A stretch of 64,000 bases of DNA from Acholeplasmataceae bacterium (lineage in GTDB: Bacteria > Bacillota_I > Bacilli_A > Acholeplasmatales > Acholeplasmataceae). The position numbers and the translations under genes are program-made. The stretch covers positions 1,504,001 through 1,568,000 of the forward strand of contig OY775910.1 in assembly GCA_963675245.1 (NCBI GenBank). The letters run 5' to 3'. How positions within the stretch are numbered: position 1 is the first letter of the stretch; each line of letters begins with the position of its first letter. The notes under the pieces are model-generated. The model was not told the origin of the DNA and ran no database searches. It worked only from the letters and a program-made list of their open reading frames with translations. Of this stretch, positions 61,606 to 64,000 are shown piece by piece.

Positions 61606-62886
61606 TTATACGCGCTTAGCAGCGTCCTTAACAAGGGTATAAGCTTTGTCAACTACGATATCTTTTTCAATTAAAAACGCAGGTAAATACTGTGTAACTT
61701 GTTCTGGTTTTAGATTGTACTGCTTCGCAAATTCATCTATCTTATTATTTAATTCTTCAGGTGTAGCTTTAAGATCTTCAGCTTTAGCTACTGCTTCTAA
61801 TACAAGTGTTAATTTAACACGTTTTTCAGATTCAATCTTTGCTTGAGTTTCAAAAATTTCTTGTGTAAAACCATACATTTGTAACATCATTTCATAATCC
61901 ATATTGTATTGTTGTGCTTGACGTTTAAAGTGTTCTACTTGTTGGTTGAATTCTTCTTTAATCATTGATTCAGGTACTTCAAATGACGCATTATCAACAA
62001 CTTTTGAGAATAGTTGATCAGTAAATGCTTGATCAGCTTTTTGTTCTTTTTGAGTAAGTGTCTCATTCTTGATAGACTCTTTTAGAGCATCTACTGTTTC
62101 AACACCTTCACGGTTAAGACCCTTAACCCATTCATCATTTAATTCAGCCTTTTTAGCGACTTTCACTTCATGAACAGTGACTTTAAAAACGGCGTCTTTG
62201 CCAGCTAAATCTGCTGATTGATATTGTTCTGGGAAAGTTACATTAACATCTTTTGAATCGCCAGCTTTCATACCAATCATTTGATCTTCAAAACCTGGAA
62301 TAAATTGACCTGAACCAATTTGAAGTTGATAGTTTTCTGCTTTACCACCTTCGAAAGCAACTTCATTAACAAAACCTTCAAAATCAAAAATGGCAGTATC
62401 CATTGCTGCAATAGGTCCTTCTTTAACTTCTAACTCAGCATTTTTCGATAATAATTCATTAACTGCTTGATTGACTTCTTCATCTGTCACTTCAGCAGCT
62501 TCTACTTTAACTTCGATACCTTTGTAATCTCCTAGTTTAACTTCCGGTTTAACATCTGATTCAATAATGACATCAAAACTCTCAGTAGTTGAGATTTTTT
62601 CTGCATCATAGTCAACACTAGGTTGACCAACTAATTCAAAATCAGGGTGGTTTTGTGCGTCATGATACTTATGATGAACGACATGTTCTAGTGCATCTGG
62701 ATAAAGCGATTCAATACCAAATTTTGATTCATAAACATTTCTAGGTACATGTCCTTTTCTAAAACCTTTAATTTCTACTTCGCCTTTTTTATGTTCAAAC
62801 GCATGGCCTAAACCATGTTCAAACTCTTCTGGTGTCACTGTAAATGTGAATTTCACACGATTTGTTGCAATTTTTTCTGTTTTCAT
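61606..62886 (-). CDS. tig: trigger factor
   Basis: GFRKGHVP, FEGG, FIPGFEDQ..G, VTFPE.Y; start moved to MKTEK (SD AGGAGG). Confidence 0.96.
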   Translation of the reverse strand: MKTEKIATNRVKFTFTVTPEEFEHGLGHAFEHKKGEVEIKGFRKGHVPRNVYESKFGIESLYPDALEHVVHHKYHDAQNHPDFELVGQPSVDYDAEKISTTESFDVIIESDVKPEVKLGDYKGIEVKVEAAEVTDEEVNQAVNELLSKNAELEVKEGPIAAMDTAIFDFEGFVNEVAFEGGKAENYQLQIGSGQFIPGFEDQMIGMKAGDSKDVNVTFPEQYQSADLAGKDAVFKVTVHEVKVAKKAELNDEWVKGLNREGVETVDALKESIKNETLTQKEQKADQAFTDQLFSKVVDNASFEVPESMIKEEFNQQVEHFKRQAQQYNMDYEMMLQMYGFTQEIFETQAKIESEKRVKLTLVLEAVAKAEDLKATPEELNNKIDEFAKQYNLKPEQVTQYLPAFLIEKDIVVDKAYTLVKDAAKRV

Positions 62887-63015
62887 TTTTTTATTCCTCC
62901 TTGAGTCTTTTCGCTTTTCTATTATAGCATATAAATAAATATTATAAAGTGATTTAATTAAAGATTGCCATTTTTGGGGAATTAAGTTAAAATTAGGATA
63001 TTCGGAGGAATACAT

Positions 63016-64000
63016 ATGATAACAATTAAGGTAGTTAAATCCAACTTGGATGCTTGGCGATTCACTGAATTCCCTAATAAATTATACCGCGATGTAGAAC
63101 CCTTTGTACCTGCATTATCCATGGATGAAAGAAATGTCTTTAACCCTAAAAAAAATCCAGCTCATAACTATTGTGATAGTGTGCGTTACTTAGCCTATCA
63201 AGATGGCAAAATCATCGGTCGTGTCGCAGGTATTATTAATCATGATTGGAATAAAGCAAAAAATAGAAAAACTGTACGCTTTACAAGACTTGATATGATT
63301 GATGATATCAATGTTACAAAAGCTTTACTTGAAGCTGTTGAATCGTGGGGTAAATCAAACGGTATGGATGAAATTATCGGTCCTATTGGATTTACCGATT
63401 TAGACAGACAAGGTATGCTTGTTGATGGCTTTAATGAGCTGAATATGTTCATCACGATATACAATCACCCTTATTATATGAAACATATGACAACACTTGG
63501 TTACGCGAAAGATGTTGATTGGGTCGAAAAAAAAATAACTTGGCCAAATGAAGTACCTGAAAAAGTAAAAAGAGGTGCTAAAATTGCAAGAGATCGTTAT
63601 GGTTACAAATTAATTAAATGTGATCGTATTAAAGATGTTTTTCAATATATTTATAAAGCATTTGATACATACAATGAAGCATTTATGGATTTATATGGCT
63701 TTTATCCGATAACGAATAAGGTGATGGATTACTACATTGATCAAATGATTTCACTTGTCCAATTAGAGTATCTATGGTTTGTTGTTGATAAAGATGAAAA
63801 AGTAGTTGGTTTTGGATTGATTATGCCGAGTTTAGCAAGAGCTAACAAAAAAAATAATGGTAAACTTCTTCCCTTTGGCATATTTAGATTACTTCATGAT
63901 TTAAAGCATCATGATGTCATTGACTTTTATTTCATTGCTGTTGATCCAAGAAGTCAAAATCACGGTATGATGGCACTCTTTATGGAAGACGGTATTAAAG
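63016..64000 (+). CDS. YghO-like GNAT N-acetyltransferase, runs off the window
   Basis: Not in the ORF track. SD GGAGG, then MITIKVV...FP..LY....FVP...NP....GRVAGIIN...GPIGFTD...GMLVDGF...YN.PYY; open to the window end. Confidence 0.75.
   Translation, partial: MITIKVVKSNLDAWRFTEFPNKLYRDVEPFVPALSMDERNVFNPKKNPAHNYCDSVRYLAYQDGKIIGRVAGIINHDWNKAKNRKTVRFTRLDMIDDINVTKALLEAVESWGKSNGMDEIIGPIGFTDLDRQGMLVDGFNELNMFITIYNHPYYMKHMTTLGYAKDVDWVEKKITWPNEVPEKVKRGAKIARDRYGYKLIKCDRIKDVFQYIYKAFDTYNEAFMDLYGFYPITNKVMDYYIDQMISLVQLEYLWFVVDKDEKVVGFGLIMPSLARANKKNNGKLLPFGIFRLLHDLKHHDVIDFYFIAVDPRSQNHGMMALFMEDGIK

Noticed and set aside
63240..63464. 74-aa minus-strand ORF
   Set aside because: It is antisense to the YghO-like gene starting at 63016.

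Overview
AT-rich, gene-dense chromosomal segment using genetic code 11 (TGA stop, TGG Trp). Gene content and order (tig-lon without clpX; radC not followed by mreBCD/minCD; plsY, lgt, prp) suggest a wall-less, Firmicutes-derived organism, probably Acholeplasmataceae-like (inference). Most of the window is minus-strand housekeeping genes: parE/parC, infC-rpmI-rplT, pgm, coaX, ptsH, ruvAB-queA, rplU-prp-rpmA-obg, lgt, a nucleoside ABC transporter, valS-folC-radC, degV-engB-lon-tig. Accessory elements: (1) a TetR-controlled operon of thiolase, SDR, a Bacillus PhaZ-like ester hydrolase and a FabH-like gene; (2) a four-gene cassette with a secreted protein showing an aerolysin/ETX-MTX2-like pattern, an anchored partner and an ABC transporter; (3) a plus-strand block with a 1198-aa coiled-coil protein and a tetrameric [FeFe]-hydrogenase operon containing a DRTGG/kinase/PHP regulatory module. 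RNA and cis elements read from the sequence: a probable 6S RNA, L20 and L21 leaders, a Val T-box whose first gene is a GNAT, a CIRCE before lon, cre-like boxes and a triple TetR-type operator. No rRNA, tRNA, CRISPR array or mobile element was seen. All assignments come from motif recognition by eye, with no database searches.
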